From: Asterias rubens
Lineage: Eukaryota
Direction of reading: 5' to 3'
Length of the DNA: 64,000 bases
NCBI RefSeq assembly: GCF_902459465.1
Contig: NC_047068.1
Span: 12,338,001-12,402,000 of the forward strand
In this document: piece after piece, positions 26,998-39,065 of the stretch
Layout: each line of letters opens with the position of its first letter
How positions within the stretch are numbered: position 1 is the first letter of the stretch
The notes under the pieces: generated by a model
The model's database searches: none
Told to the model about the DNA's origin: nothing
What the model saw: the letters and a program-made list of their open reading frames with translations, nothing else
Program-made: the position numbers and the translations under genes

Positions 26998-27350
26998 AGC
27001 AATTGGACACTTTCGGTACAGATTTTTTTTTTTAAGTTCACAGATTTACAAATAACTTGCAGGGTTTACATAAGGTAATGGTGAAAGACTTCTCTTGAAG
27101 TATTAATCCACGAAATGCTTTACTTTTTGAGAAAACATTAAAACAATATAAATTCTCGATATCGAGAATTACTGATTTATTTTGAACACATGTCATGACA
27201 CGGCGAAACGTGCGGAAACAATGGTGGGTTTTCCCGTTATTTTCTCTCAACTCCGATGACAGATTGAAGTTTTTCATATTTTACATATAAGTTGTGATAC
27301 ACGAAGTGTGGGCCTTGGACAATAGTGTTTACCGAAAGTGTCCAATGGCT
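26998..27350. mobile_element. TTAA-flanked MITE, family B
   Basis: TTAA|agcaattggacactttcggt ... accgaaagtgtccaatggct|TTAA; similar throughout to 30720-31087. Confidence 0.85.
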
Positions 27351-27642
27351 TTAATGCACGATACACTGTGTCATTAAGTTTTCGTTATTGTGATGCTGGT
27401 CTTGTAAAATCAATTCTGGGGTCGATTTCACAAAGAGTTAGGACTTAAAAATGTATCGCTAGTCCTAAGTTAGGACGAGTAACTTGTCCTAACTCGAGAT
27501 AAGACTAGTTTTAACTCTTTGTGAAACCCACCCCTGGTCCAGTACACAATTTGACCTGAAGAGCTCTGTGTCTTTTCTCCCTACATCCTGACGTACATGC
27601 AATAATCCCCAATCACAGGCCACCATCCCTGATGTCCAACAA

Positions 27643-27695
27643 CGGCATGTACCCTATACCGGCATGTACCCTACACCGGCATGTACCCTACACCG
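27643..27695. repeat. 17-bp tandem repeat, 3 copies (cggcatgtaccctayac)
   Basis: Units start at 27643, 27660 and 27677. Confidence 0.9.
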
Positions 27696-28574
27696 AAAAC
27701 TCTCAGCCAATGATTCCTCAAGATTCCTCTAACCTCAGTGAGGGCGCTATTTGATTTTGTGGCATTATATGAGAGGGGTCTCTCCTTCGCAATTCCTGAA
27801 CCCACTGTTGTTTGATAAAACTAAAAGATTTTATCCACCACGCCCGGTTTTGTCAACAAAACAACCCGACCATCCTGTTGACCATTACGACTTCCTTTGA
27901 AATTGGACAAGCTGCCAAAAGGGGGAGGGGGGGGGGGGGTGTTACCCCTTCCTTTTCCCTAGTTTGCAAAAAAATACAGGCGTCACAAATGTTATGTCTT
28001 GTACCCATACTACTCATATCCCGACAACCTCATCAAAACAGGTGCCCCTGGTACCTTTGACCAATAGGGACTTTTGGGAGTAAACAAGAAATGTGTCACA
28101 TCTACTTACACTGGACATCTATCATCGCTGGACATCTATCATCGGTCCTTATTTATTTATTTTGGTCAGAGCAAATATTGAAAAAGAGGTTCTGAGAAAG
28201 GTTTACTTGAAATCACTCCGAGCCAAAGCTCTGTATAGAACTTTACAAGATAGGATGGACACTTCCAAGTGTGCAAGAGAAATGAAATGTGAATGAGAAA
28301 ATAGTAAAATCCACTATCTAACCAGATAAAAAGAATGAATTTATACTTAATAATATTTATTGGTAATGACAGAAGCTATAATTTTTTAATTTTAGTCTGA
28401 AAGCTCACTGACTGTGATGTTCATACTCAAGCCATTTTATCTGTGAAAAGCTTCCCTCTGGATGAATCGACGTCTTATTAAAAGAAATTGTATCTGAAAA
28501 CCTACAAAAAGCAGTTTTAATCTTATATTTTAGCAGTGCGTACCTACATGTACATCTATCTAGCTATCGGGCAA

Positions 28575-28785
28575 TCTAGGTGGTCTAGTTTGTAAGACAC
28601 CGCTTTAGAATTGCAAAGGTCATGGGTGTGAACCCCACCCAAGCAAACAAAATGCCAAGGTAAATTTTTCTCACAGAGCTCGGGAAAGTACCGAGTATAC
28701 ATTACAGTGCTGACACATATCGTTGTAAGGGTAAATAAATGAATACTCTTGATTCCCGATGCAAATTCAACATCTATTATTAAAA
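28575..28785 (+). mobile_element. tRNA-derived SINE (related heads at 14668-14760 and 15085-15230)
   Basis: A-box-like ggtggtctagt..gtaag and B-box-like gggtgtgaacccc, with a tRNA-like spacing; similar heads occur elsewhere in the window. Confidence 0.6.
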
Positions 28786-29469
28786 CCAGGGGGTAAAGAA
28801 CAAGTGAGCATAACCAAATTCAAGACTTCTGTGGAGCATTTCAGGATGCGAGTCAAAAAGGACTTAGAATTGACTTGACCTGTGCGATGTTTTGCATTGT
28901 ATCAGAGTAAATTCAAACTGATCATTTATGAGCATTAGAGCAGGATGCAGAAGCTTCATCATGTGGCTGGTTTCCAAAATAACAGAAATCTTGTCTGCGG
29001 AAACGTTACAAAAACAAAGATTTATCTTCTTACAATATCCGAATAAAGTCACAACAAGATCTTTATCTGAGCTCTGGAAGTCAAATGTCATTAAAACAAC
29101 TCTTTTCTATGGGAGTTTTTTTACAGAGCTGCTACCAATTGCATCTTGCAATCGGGGAGATTTTGTGCAACAATCAGGGAGAAATAAAACAGGAAAGTCT
29201 TTTCTAAAACAAACTAAACTTTCATTAAGCGAAGTAAACTTTCATTAAGCGAAGAACTCAAATCTAATCATAGGTGAGTGTGGCAATGATGGCAAAAAGG
29301 TCTGAAACTAGGATACATTTTTCTGGAGGAATGTTGAAAAGATTGCACTTCCACCTTTTGATTGCCCCTGGAGTTTTCAATTACAAGGAACTTCTGGGAA
29401 CAGTACCCTCATCTATGATCTAGAGAAGCAGATCAAATAGCAGGATTTCTTATTTTCTAAAGAAAATAT

Positions 29470-29930
29470 AACAGCTACATGTATTTCTTCCAGCAGGCAG
29501 ACTATTAAAACATCTGAAATTTCTCAACCTGCATTCTTTGCAAGAATAGGGCCTACTACCTTTTCCCCACCGTGACAAACCAATAATAAAATCAAGGATA
29601 AGACAAGGCATTGACAAAAACAATTGTTGATCTCTGCCGCTCAGCTAAAAGTTTGGAATCCTTGGCAAACTGCTAGAAACAGATGAGAAGTTTATCAAAG
29701 AGGAGATTTCACTTTATCTGAAGAAAACAACAAATAATTTCTTCCAGTAGCAAGCATCTGATAGTTCTCAACCTGCATTCTATGCAAATGAAAAATAACT
29801 ACCTTTTCCCACTGTGACAAGAACCGAAACCAAGGCTAAAACAAAACTTTCTAGACAAAAGGAATTGTTGATCTCCGCTTCGACTCAGCTGAAAAGTTTT
29901 GAAATCCTTGGCACGCTGCTGGAATCAGCC
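29470..29930. repeat. Diverged ~250-bp tandem duplication
   Basis: tttcttccag, ttctcaacctgcattct, ctaccttttccc, ttgttgatctc and aatccttggca each occur twice with a period of ~250. Confidence 0.75.
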
Positions 29931-30367
29931 CTAGGAGATGAATGACCAGCAGCTGCAAATATGCAAATTATGCCCAGCTACAGAATGCCTTGGTTAAATA
30001 TTTTCACATGATAAGAAAGAAAAAAATTGTTTTCCAGCCAAGATATCAGTACCATATGGGTTTTGGCCGAGGAGGAGGAAAGATGGTGGATGTCTGGCCA
30101 TGGAGTTGTAGCTTTATGGTCTGGCTTAGGATGGGAAGTTCTAGAGAGACTTCGGGACAGGGGAAAGGGGTGGCCGTGAAGAGTGTGTCTGTAAAGAGTT
30201 TCTCCATGCCTCCGTGAATTAAATAACTAACAAGGGCTGATACTTCTGGTTGTCCTACAAAAACTCCTTGACTGGCTTTGGTAATGTTCAATGTTGATAG
30301 CGTTTGCAGGGATTCCGGTTTTGAAGGTAAGGATACAACAGCTGTGTTGCAGTATGATTTGAGTTAA

Positions 30368-30715
30368 AGGCATTGGACACTATTGGTAATTACTCAAAAT
30401 AATTATTAGAATAAAACCTTTCTTGAGAAATGGCTCCCTCTGAAGTAATGTAATTTTGAGAAAGAAGTAATTTTCCACAAAAGTCAAATTTGATTTCGAG
30501 ACCTCAGGTTAAGAACTTGAGGTCTCGAAATCAACCTAAATCAATCTAAACGCACACAAGTTTGTGTGACAAGGGTGTTTTTTTCTTTCATTATTATCTC
30601 GTAAGTTCGATGACCAATTGAGCTCAAATTTTCACAGGTTTCTTATTTTATGCATGTTGAGATACACGAACTGTGAATGCTAGACTTTGACAATTACCAA
30701 TAAGGTCCACTGCCT
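30368..30715. mobile_element. TTAA-flanked MITE, family A
   Basis: TTAA|aggcattggacac ... gtccactgcct|TTAA; the right TTAA (30716-30719) is shared with the family B element. Confidence 0.85.
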
Positions 30716-30719
30716 TTAA

Positions 30720-31087
30720 AGCCATTGGACCCTTTCGGTTCAGAAAAAAAAGAAAAAAGTTCACAGATTTACAAAGAACTTACAGGGTTTACAGAAGGCA
30801 ATGGTGAAAGACTTCTCTTGAAATATTATTCCATGAAGTGCTTTACTTTTTGAGAAAACAGCAAAACAATATAAATTCTCGTTAACGAGAATTACGGTTT
30901 TATTTTAAACACATGTCATGACACGGCTAAACGCGCGGAAACAAGGGTGGGTTTTTCCGTTGTTTTCTCCCGACTCCGATGACCGATTTAGCCTAAATTT
31001 TCACAGGTTTGTTATTTGATATAGAAGTTGTGGTACACGAAAGTGTGGGCCTTGGACAACACTGTTTACCGAAAGGGTCCAATGGCT
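30720..31087. mobile_element. TTAA-flanked MITE, family B
   Basis: Perfect 20-bp TIR agccattggaccctttcggt / accgaaagggtccaatggct, with TTAA on both sides. Confidence 0.88.
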
Positions 31088-31859
31088 TTAACAAACTAAA
31101 AAAAAATAAAAAATTAAATCAAGAATTGGAGTTGGAGGGTAAAAACAAAAATTTATACTTTAAAATTGCCCTTTCAGAAAGCAGCTTGTAAAAAACAAAT
31201 TGCCAGGATTTTGTTTTTAACATTTCAAACTCATTCCTATTTTTAAAAGTCTGTACATATTTAACTGTTCAACTTCTGGAAATGGCAAAAAAGATTCAAG
31301 CTGGTTAAATGGGACGGCGTACCAATATGGTGCTGTTTTATGCTCTTTCAGGAAGTAAGCAAGTCTAGTCTAAAAATAAATTCACAACCGATGACTAGGA
31401 CAAGTTCTAAGACCTGTTCAGACAAACTGGCTACAAGGGGCATTCATAAAGATGAATCTATTTTTAGACAAATCCATGTCTAAGTCATGTCGGCAGATTC
31501 TATTTTTTAGGAGAACTATCACATCTGTTAATTGGTTGGTAAATTTCTACTAATAGCATTTGTAATAGATGAATTAACCCTAGCCCTAACCTCAACCCCC
31601 CTGTAACCACTAGCCATAATTTGAGCAAGAAATTTGATACAAATGTTTCACAATTTGTAAAAATCGCAAACAGAATGTCCAATCTGTTTACTAGGGCTGT
31701 GTCCAAATTGGCAGCTACAGGTGGTGGCAAGTGTGTACCATTCTGTTCATTTTGTGCGCCCTTGAAAATCTGACCCTGGTTCTACTAGATCCTTTTTGTC
31801 AGTGATGACTATCACCCCCGGTGTCAATCATCTTTTACCATTAATTATAATTGTTTTAA

Positions 31860-32116
31860 AGGCAGTGGTCACTATTGGTAATTTCTCAAAATAATTATTA
31901 GCATAAAATTGGGGAGTTATTGACAGTAAAAAAACATTGTGAGAAACGCATCCCTCTGAAGTAACGTAGTTTTTGAGAAAGAAGTAATTTTCCACAAATA
32001 TGATTTCGAGACCTCAGATTTAGAATTTGAGGTCTCGTTTGTTATTTTATGCATATGTTGAGATACATTGAGTGAGAAGACTGGTCTTAGACAATTACCA
32101 ATCATGTCCACTGTCT
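31860..32116. mobile_element. TTAA-flanked MITE, family A, internally deleted
   Basis: TTAA|aggcagtggtcac ... tgtccactgtct|TTAA. Confidence 0.8.
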
Positions 32117-32442
32117 TTAAAGAAATCATGTGCTTTGGTGTGGAGATAAAAATGAATTGAATCAGATTCAATGGCATTCTGAATTTAATGCTAGAAAAGA
32201 AGCTCAGTACATAGATCTCAGACGGTGTGTCAAAGTTTAGTACAGGCCTTGAGTTTCAATCTTGAAGGAGCAGTGGAGCACAAGGTGTTTTTCTATGAGG
32301 AAAATTCAAATTTGTATTGGAACTTTGCAAAGGGCAACAAAGCAATTAGCACAGGGCACCAAGGCAATTGCTTTGGGTGCCATGGGTTGTTTTGAGGCCT
32401 GTCAGTAACACCCGCACGCCCATACATGTCCAACCTTTTTGT

Positions 32443-32635
32443 TTACTCGCATGACGTGTCTGTACTACTGCAGTCCAGTGTGCCGATGCGTTGAACGCGT
32501 GTCCTGTCTTTACTCGCATGTCCTGTATGTACTACTGCAGTCCAGTGTGCCGATGCGTTGAACGCGTGTCCTGTCTTTACTCGCATGTCCTGTCTGTACT
32601 ACTGCAGTCCAGCATGCCGATGCGTTGATCGCGTG
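32443..32635. repeat. 67-bp tandem repeat, ~3 copies
   Basis: ttactcgcatg starts at 32443, 32510 and 32577. Confidence 0.92.
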
Positions 32636-33851
32636 AGCGGTGGAATGTATATGTCTGACAGCCGAGTATTTTGAGCGAAAGTGACGCCATCAGTGCTGAG
32701 TGCTATTGAACTTTGCAAAATATGCTCTAATTTATTCGTTCAATGAAGACCACGGGATACAGCAGGATATTACTAGTGGCAAGAATTAATTCAAGGGTGG
32801 AAGGTGAATTTGACAACCGTCATTCTCAACACACTGAGACCTTTCCATGACCTTATATCAAGTTTCAAATAAAAAAACTTCACTATTTAGGGGGCCTATA
32901 TCATTCCGAGCAAGAATCACTGCTAGCGTTACAAATGTAGTGAGCCTGAAAGTTTCTAAAAATAAAGATAAGTTGCGACTGAGTATGCACGCTAAACACT
33001 TCGTGCCTGCGTGTCCGAGCATGTAAAAAGAGAATTACATCGGAGACAACAAACCACCAAATTCGTCTGCATCGATAATCCCCATGACATTATGGCAAAA
33101 TAGAGCTGCTGGCATTTTAAAGGAACAGTACGTTCAGGTACATTATTGGTTTTGCAGGCCCGATACTTCACAGAGGCAACAAAGGCGATTGCTGCCATGC
33201 CCCCCTGGTCATTGACTTGGTGCCCTTCAAATGATCCAGTAGAATTATACAATTTCCTCAAAGGGTGCCCTTCATCAAGGAGAAAATGCCTTGGTGCCCT
33301 TGCCCTATCAAAAACGAAGCATACTGTGTGTAGGCCCTACATCATTGGTTTTGGTTAGAGGAAACATTTTGATAGTTTGAGAAGGGGACTTCTATTTTTC
33401 TTCTTCTCAATTTTACAGTACACATGAATTTCTCTGACGGATTGGCAATGGTGTAAATTTTACCCATGCTCGGAATTCAGATTGAAAGGAATAAACTTTG
33501 TTATGGTTACAAATCCTATACTTTGTCATTCGCGGAAGAAGAGTATAAAGCAAAGGGCGTAATGTGAAACACAATTTAGCGTATTAATGCATATTTATGC
33601 ATATTTTTGCTTGTTTGCTTACATTTTTTTTTCCTTTACCTCTCCTACTGGGCACAAAACAACTTTAACTTTAAAGTTAAATATAAAAGGCCTCATAGTT
33701 TGGCATGATTTTATGTACTATAACAGTATTTACTACTCATTGATAACGTGTTCTATTAGCAGAAGTGTTGCCAATGAACAGATGCTGTACTGTACTGAAT
33801 TCCACTTGCAAAGATCAGTTACATGTAAACTGTACGTTAGAGTTAAATTAA

Positions 33852-34097
33852 AGGCAGGGTATACTTTTGGCAATTGTAAAAGACCATCCTACCTTGGACA
33901 TGTTGCTGTATCCCAACCTTATGCACAAAATAACAAACCTGTGGAAAGTTGGGCACAATTGGTCATCAAAGTTGAAAAAATACCACTTTCTTAAAAACTA
34001 CGTTACTTTAAGGGGGCTGTTTCTAATACCAACAACAGCTCTCCGCTGCTCTTTATCAAGTAATTTTTGGTGTAATTACCGAAGGTAAACACTACCT
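33852..34097. mobile_element. TTAA-flanked MITE related to family A
   Basis: TTAA|aggcagggtatac ... gtaaacactacct|TTAA; the right TTAA is shared with the next element. Confidence 0.65.
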
Positions 34098-34101
34098 TTA
34101 A

Positions 34102-34489
34102 AGGCAGTGGACACTATTGGTAATTACTCAAAATAATTGTTAGCATAAAAACTTACTTGCTAACGATCAATGGAGAACTGTTGATAGTATAAAACATTGT
34201 GAGAAATGGCTCCATCTGAAGTAAGGTAGTTTTCGCGAACGAAGTAATTTTCCAATAAAACATTTGAATTTGATTTTGAGACCTCAGAATAAGATTTTGA
34301 GGTCTTGAAATCAATCACCTGAAAGCACACAACTTTGTGTGAACAGGGTGTTCTTTCTTCCATTATTATCTCGCAACTTCGACGACCAATTGAGTTCAAA
34401 TTTTCACAAGTTTGTTATTTTTTGCATATGTTGAGATACACCAAGTGAGAAGACAGGTCTTTGACAATTACCAATAGTGTCCAGTGTCT
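34102..34489. mobile_element. TTAA-flanked MITE, family A
   Basis: TTAA|aggcagtggacactattggtaatt ... aattaccaatagtgtccagtgtct|TTAA. Confidence 0.88.
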
Positions 34490-35197
34490 TTAAGACACCT
34501 GGAATACATACATTGTAGGCCAGCATGTAGCTAAAAGTCTCAACAACAACAATAAAAAATAAAAATAAAAAACAACAAATTGTCAAAATAACATTACCAG
34601 CAACCAAGCAAGATTATAACAGTTGGATGTTTAAAATTTGAATAACTTTGTATTAATAAGTTTGAATAAGGATTTGAATTCAGAAGTCTGACACACTTTT
34701 TCCTTTAAAGGGCTTATGTTCGGCACAGAAAAAAAAGTGCACCTACATGTATGGGTTGGCTGCTTGTGAGCGTTTGGGCGTGTCATGACATCAATTCCTT
34801 CGGATCATTCTAGTCACAGAAGGCTAGCCAAGAGCAAAAAGGGTTGACATTAATGTGGTTGTTTATAAGAACTTGGCCCCATGCTTTGCGGTCAGTCTTA
34901 TGCACACTTGGTAAATTTTTATAAGCATAAATTCTTGTTTGGTACAAATTATTCGACCTGGCACAGAAAATTCTTGCTTAGCAGAAACAGGTTTTCAGCC
35001 CCAAAATACCATGTAACGTGTCTGGTTCCCTGCTAATACTTGTTCAGCAGAAATAATTGGCTAAGCACCATTTCCTGTAAACTCTATGAAAATGGGCTCT
35101 GGGACTGTTTTTTGAGAAGAATAGAGTCTGATGTGTAATATCTGATAGGAAAGGGCCATCTTGAGTTCTTTCTCTGATGCCGTTCATTTTTGGAGCA

Positions 35198-35310
35198 GTG
35201 TGTATTTTGCACGCTGAGGTTCACAGCGTGTATTTTGCACGCTGAGGTCCGAGCGTGTATTTTGCACGCTGAGGTTTGCAGCGTGTATTTTGCACGCTGA
35301 GGTTCGAACA
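35198..35310. repeat. 27-28-bp tandem repeat, 4 copies (gtgtattttgcacgctgaggt..)
   Basis: Directly visible; 20-bp invariant core tgtattttgcacgctgaggt. Confidence 0.92.
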
Positions 35311-37843
35311 TCAGCAGACGGAGCCGGTAGCCGGAGCCCACATGGGGGTTTGAGAAAGACCCCTCGTCTAAAAACAGAAACCAAGGCATGCACGCCATTT
35401 TTACTTAAAAAGGAATTTCAAATTAATAACAAAACCTCATTCATGGCAGACGTATTAAATTGAGCACAAAGAAAGCAAATTGATCATTGAATTACGTAAA
35501 AATTATGTGATTGTAAAATGTGTAGACTTTTCAAATGATTGGATTGGATTGGTCAACGCAAAATGGCAGAAATGAATTCAGGTACAAACAAAGTATTTGT
35601 TCAGCTGCAAAAATCTTTTGCAAGAGTATAGTTAAAAATATCTTGGGACGGACAAAACATTATTAGATAACGATCCACCAATCCAGACAGCTGTGAACAT
35701 CGAGAGCCAGTCATGCAAAAATCACACGATTTAGGAAAGAAGAAAAAAATCAGCCCGCATTTCGGCTCGGAATTCAAGGTAAATGGGCAGTGCATCGGGA
35801 GATTGTATAGCACTTAAATGTCATATGGGCTGGAACTGAATTAACGCCTTGTGTTCGTTCGTCTCCTGGCAAGCACTGTAAGTTAACCTGCGGGGACCAT
35901 TATGCACATACCTGGAATTGTTGTATAGCGGACACTTGGTGTGTAATGCTAGCAGTGTCTGTGTGCTCTTCGTACCATTATAGAACAATTGTTGGGGGGG
36001 GGGGGGTAGCTAACAGGTTGGCAGTGCTATCAGATACTCCCCGTATAACATTAGTATATCAATACAAATATTTCTTACGCATAATGGGGCCAGACTACTA
36101 TATTATAGTACATACTTTCCCTTCCGAATCTGTGCACATAATTTATAAAAAAAAATAAAAAAAAAAAAATCTTCATATGTGCATTAAAGGGGCATATTTG
36201 ATTGGGCACTTTGGGCTATAAAAGCGTTGGAAAGGTATTTTAAAAGTAGAATATAATGATTCACATTTAATAACCCTCAAAACTGTCTTGGTTTTGCTTA
36301 ATTACAGGACATATGGTCTTCTATTTGGTAGGACCATAGAGCAAGGGTTCTACTGGTTGAATTGCAAGCGGCAAATTTTGTATTTTTGTATCACTAACTT
36401 GCCAAGTACGTGTACAATACACTTTACATGTAGGTGTTTTAGTGCTAAAAGAACTCTTTAAAATGATATGGAGCAATTCTAAACATTTCAAAGCATAGTG
36501 CCCCTTTAAGTAAATGCAGTGTGCTGCATTTATTGACAAAATTACCATTAGAGTTCAGCCACAGCATAAATAAACATTCGTAGGTATATAAAAAGGCCCT
36601 ACAGTAATAAGGCTCTACAGTACTAGCAACAATAACCGTAGTATGGCCATACAAATGAACATGTATAATGTAGGGTCCTACTAAATAGCAATTTGAGCTT
36701 GGAGGCAAATGATGGCCAAAAGATCACCATGCCCAAATTAGAATTGTGTGGAATGTTAAATATACATGATGGACAGTACAATACAACAAAGTATGAAGCC
36801 AAATGAGAATGTGTACTTGTAAACAGGCAACTGAAAGGCTGGTTTACAGGCAAAATGATTACCGAGCCCAATTGAGAATACACCACACATTTTTATAAGG
36901 ATGTAGCGTACACTGCATGTCTATCAGTAGTGATGTCTATGCGCGCAAACATTATCAAGGCCATTAAGAAAAATTAGCAGGAAACTATTTTTGCACCCAT
37001 CATCACAATGCATCATTGTCCCCTGTGTTTACATAATTACATCAAATGTTTTGAGCAACCTGTTTGTAAATAAAATATGACTCAAAATTATTCTATATAA
37101 AAACAAACATCTTGATGCTTGGGACCCATGCACCTCACATGGCTGTGCATCATGTATACAGTACGAGGGTCTAATTGAAGGCTAATTGACCCAAGCAAGG
37201 TCAAATCATTCCCACCACAACACTTCAGCTAAAATATAAAGCAACATTTATGCACATTATCATATTAATGGCTCTTTCAATGTCCAATCTTAAAGGAAGT
37301 ACTATTTTGTATTCTCCAGTTTCAATATGGGAGATTCGCATTACATTGCGCCCTCAAGCGGTTTGCGTGCAGCTGAGACGCCAAATTTTTGCAGTGCACC
37401 TTGGGAAAAGGTAGACAAGTTTTAAGTTGTCTCGCAGCACCCACCACATGGTCCAAATCATATGTGCTTACTTCAATTTGGCAATAGAAATAAGAACCCA
37501 GTATGGAAGACAGAAACATGTCTCAGGTGCAGTCGGCAATACATACAAATTAATCAGCAATAAAACAATTTAAGATGAAGAGATTGCATGGTAAAACACC
37601 AGCCTTTTGCCTAGTACATGAACAACCACCATGACCAGTGACAACCTGTAATGTACAGTTGAACCAATAAACTTCTCCAGATCTTTCATAAAAGAATGTG
37701 GGGCGATTATTGCAACATTTCAAAGTCCCTTCTGAAACAATTAAACCCCAAAGAATTAAATATTTAAGCTGATCTCCCCAGCTGCACATTCCCATGATTG
37801 AAATAAGATTGTGTCTGTTGCAACATAACGTGCAGTGTATTAA

Positions 37844-38188
37844 AGGCAGTGGACACTATTGGTATTACTCAAAATAATTATTAGCATAAAACCTAATGGG
37901 GATAGATTGATGGTATAACACATTGTGAGAAACGGCTCCCTCTGAAGTGTCATAGTTTTTGAGAAAGAAGAAATTTTCAAGAATTTGATTTTGAGACCTC
38001 AGATTTAGAACTTGAGGTCTCGAAATCAACCATCTAAACGCACACAACTTTGTGTGACAAGGGTGTTTTCTTCTTTCATTATTATCTCGCAACTTTGATG
38101 ACCGATTGAGCTCAAATTTTCACAGGTTAGTTATTTTATGCATATGTTGAGATACACCAACTGTGAAGGCTAGTCTTTGACAATTACC
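37844..38188. mobile_element. MITE family A, right end truncated
   Basis: TTAA|aggcagtggacactattgg start and near-consensus body, ending at ttgacaattacc. Confidence 0.82.
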
Positions 38189-38387
38189 GCTGGTCCCCTT
38201 CAAATTTTCCCTTAGTAAAAAGATTTGCTTAGCACCCTGAAAATGGGCCCATTTTCACAGATAGTTTACGTTTTTAAGCTGACTTACTTAGCAAAATTAG
38301 CAGGCAACCAGTCATGCGTAGTGTAGATTGTACAAGGTTTTAGCTGGTAACCTATTTAGTTTAAAAGATGAAATATGTAAGACTTAC

Positions 38388-38515
38388 TTCCTCCATGTGC
38401 CAGCTTGTATAATAGCCGACTGCGCTGGTGACAGTGCCCCGTCCACTTCCATGCCGTCATCTGTCTCCGGGTCCGTCATCTGGGAGTAGCGAGCCCAGTC
38501 CGGTGACCCAGACAT
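38388..38515 (-). CDS. RHBDF1: Candidate distal alternative first coding exon of iRhom (MSGSPDWARYSQMTDPETDDGMEVDGALSPAQSAIIQAGTWR-N)
   Basis: ATG at 38515 with an in-frame upstream TGA. The 128 nt end in phase 2 at a consensus donor AA|gtaagt, which matches the phase of exon 5162. Upstream acceptor ccctag at 38589. The exon is GC-richer than its flanks. Confidence 0.7.
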
Positions 38516-38729
38516 GACCCTTGACCCTCTGTGTCACCCGTCAAAAAAGAATATTGCACGGCAAGTATCTCCCTGGTATCGGTGAGGTCTAGGGTTGCAT
38601 ATGACATGCAGAACAATCCCTTTTGCTTCCGCTAAGGACCAAAGCAAAATCTGTAGAGAGAGATATGAACAAAAACAAACACATGGTTATTCATATAGTA
38701 TTAAGTTTTATACTGTTGGAAGGCCAATG

Positions 38730-39065
38730 ATATGTAATAATAATAATAATGGACACTTAATAAAGCGTCGGCATCCGCCGCAAGTGGCGCGCATGGCGCT
38801 ACTCTACAAAAGAACTTCTATTATAAAGCAATGAAAGTAGCAAAAACAAAATAAGAAAATAAACTTAACAAAAAGATTCTCTATGAAAATGAGTTTTTAA
38901 ACTGTTCTTGAATATGTTGAGTGATTTGGAGAGTTTCACAGTGTCCGGGAGGGCGTTCCAAAGCTTTGGTGCTCTGAAAACTTCTCTCCCCCCATAGTTG
39001 TTTTTTCCTGGAGTAGTTTGTGTTTTGTAGATCATAAGCCACGATGTCCTGGGGTGTATATCTGC
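38730..39065 (-). mobile_element. Degenerate L2-group LINE 3' fragment with (TTA)n tail
   Basis: The minus strand reads ..APKLWNALPDTV..FKNSLKTHF, then a GC-rich 3' stem and attattattatt. It lies ~150 bp upstream of the distal iRhom exon acceptor. Confidence 0.7.

Noticed and set aside
35198-35310. CRISPR-like array (repeat with variable part)
   Set aside because: The variable parts are only 3-4 nt, there are no cas genes, and the context is eukaryotic; it is a minisatellite.
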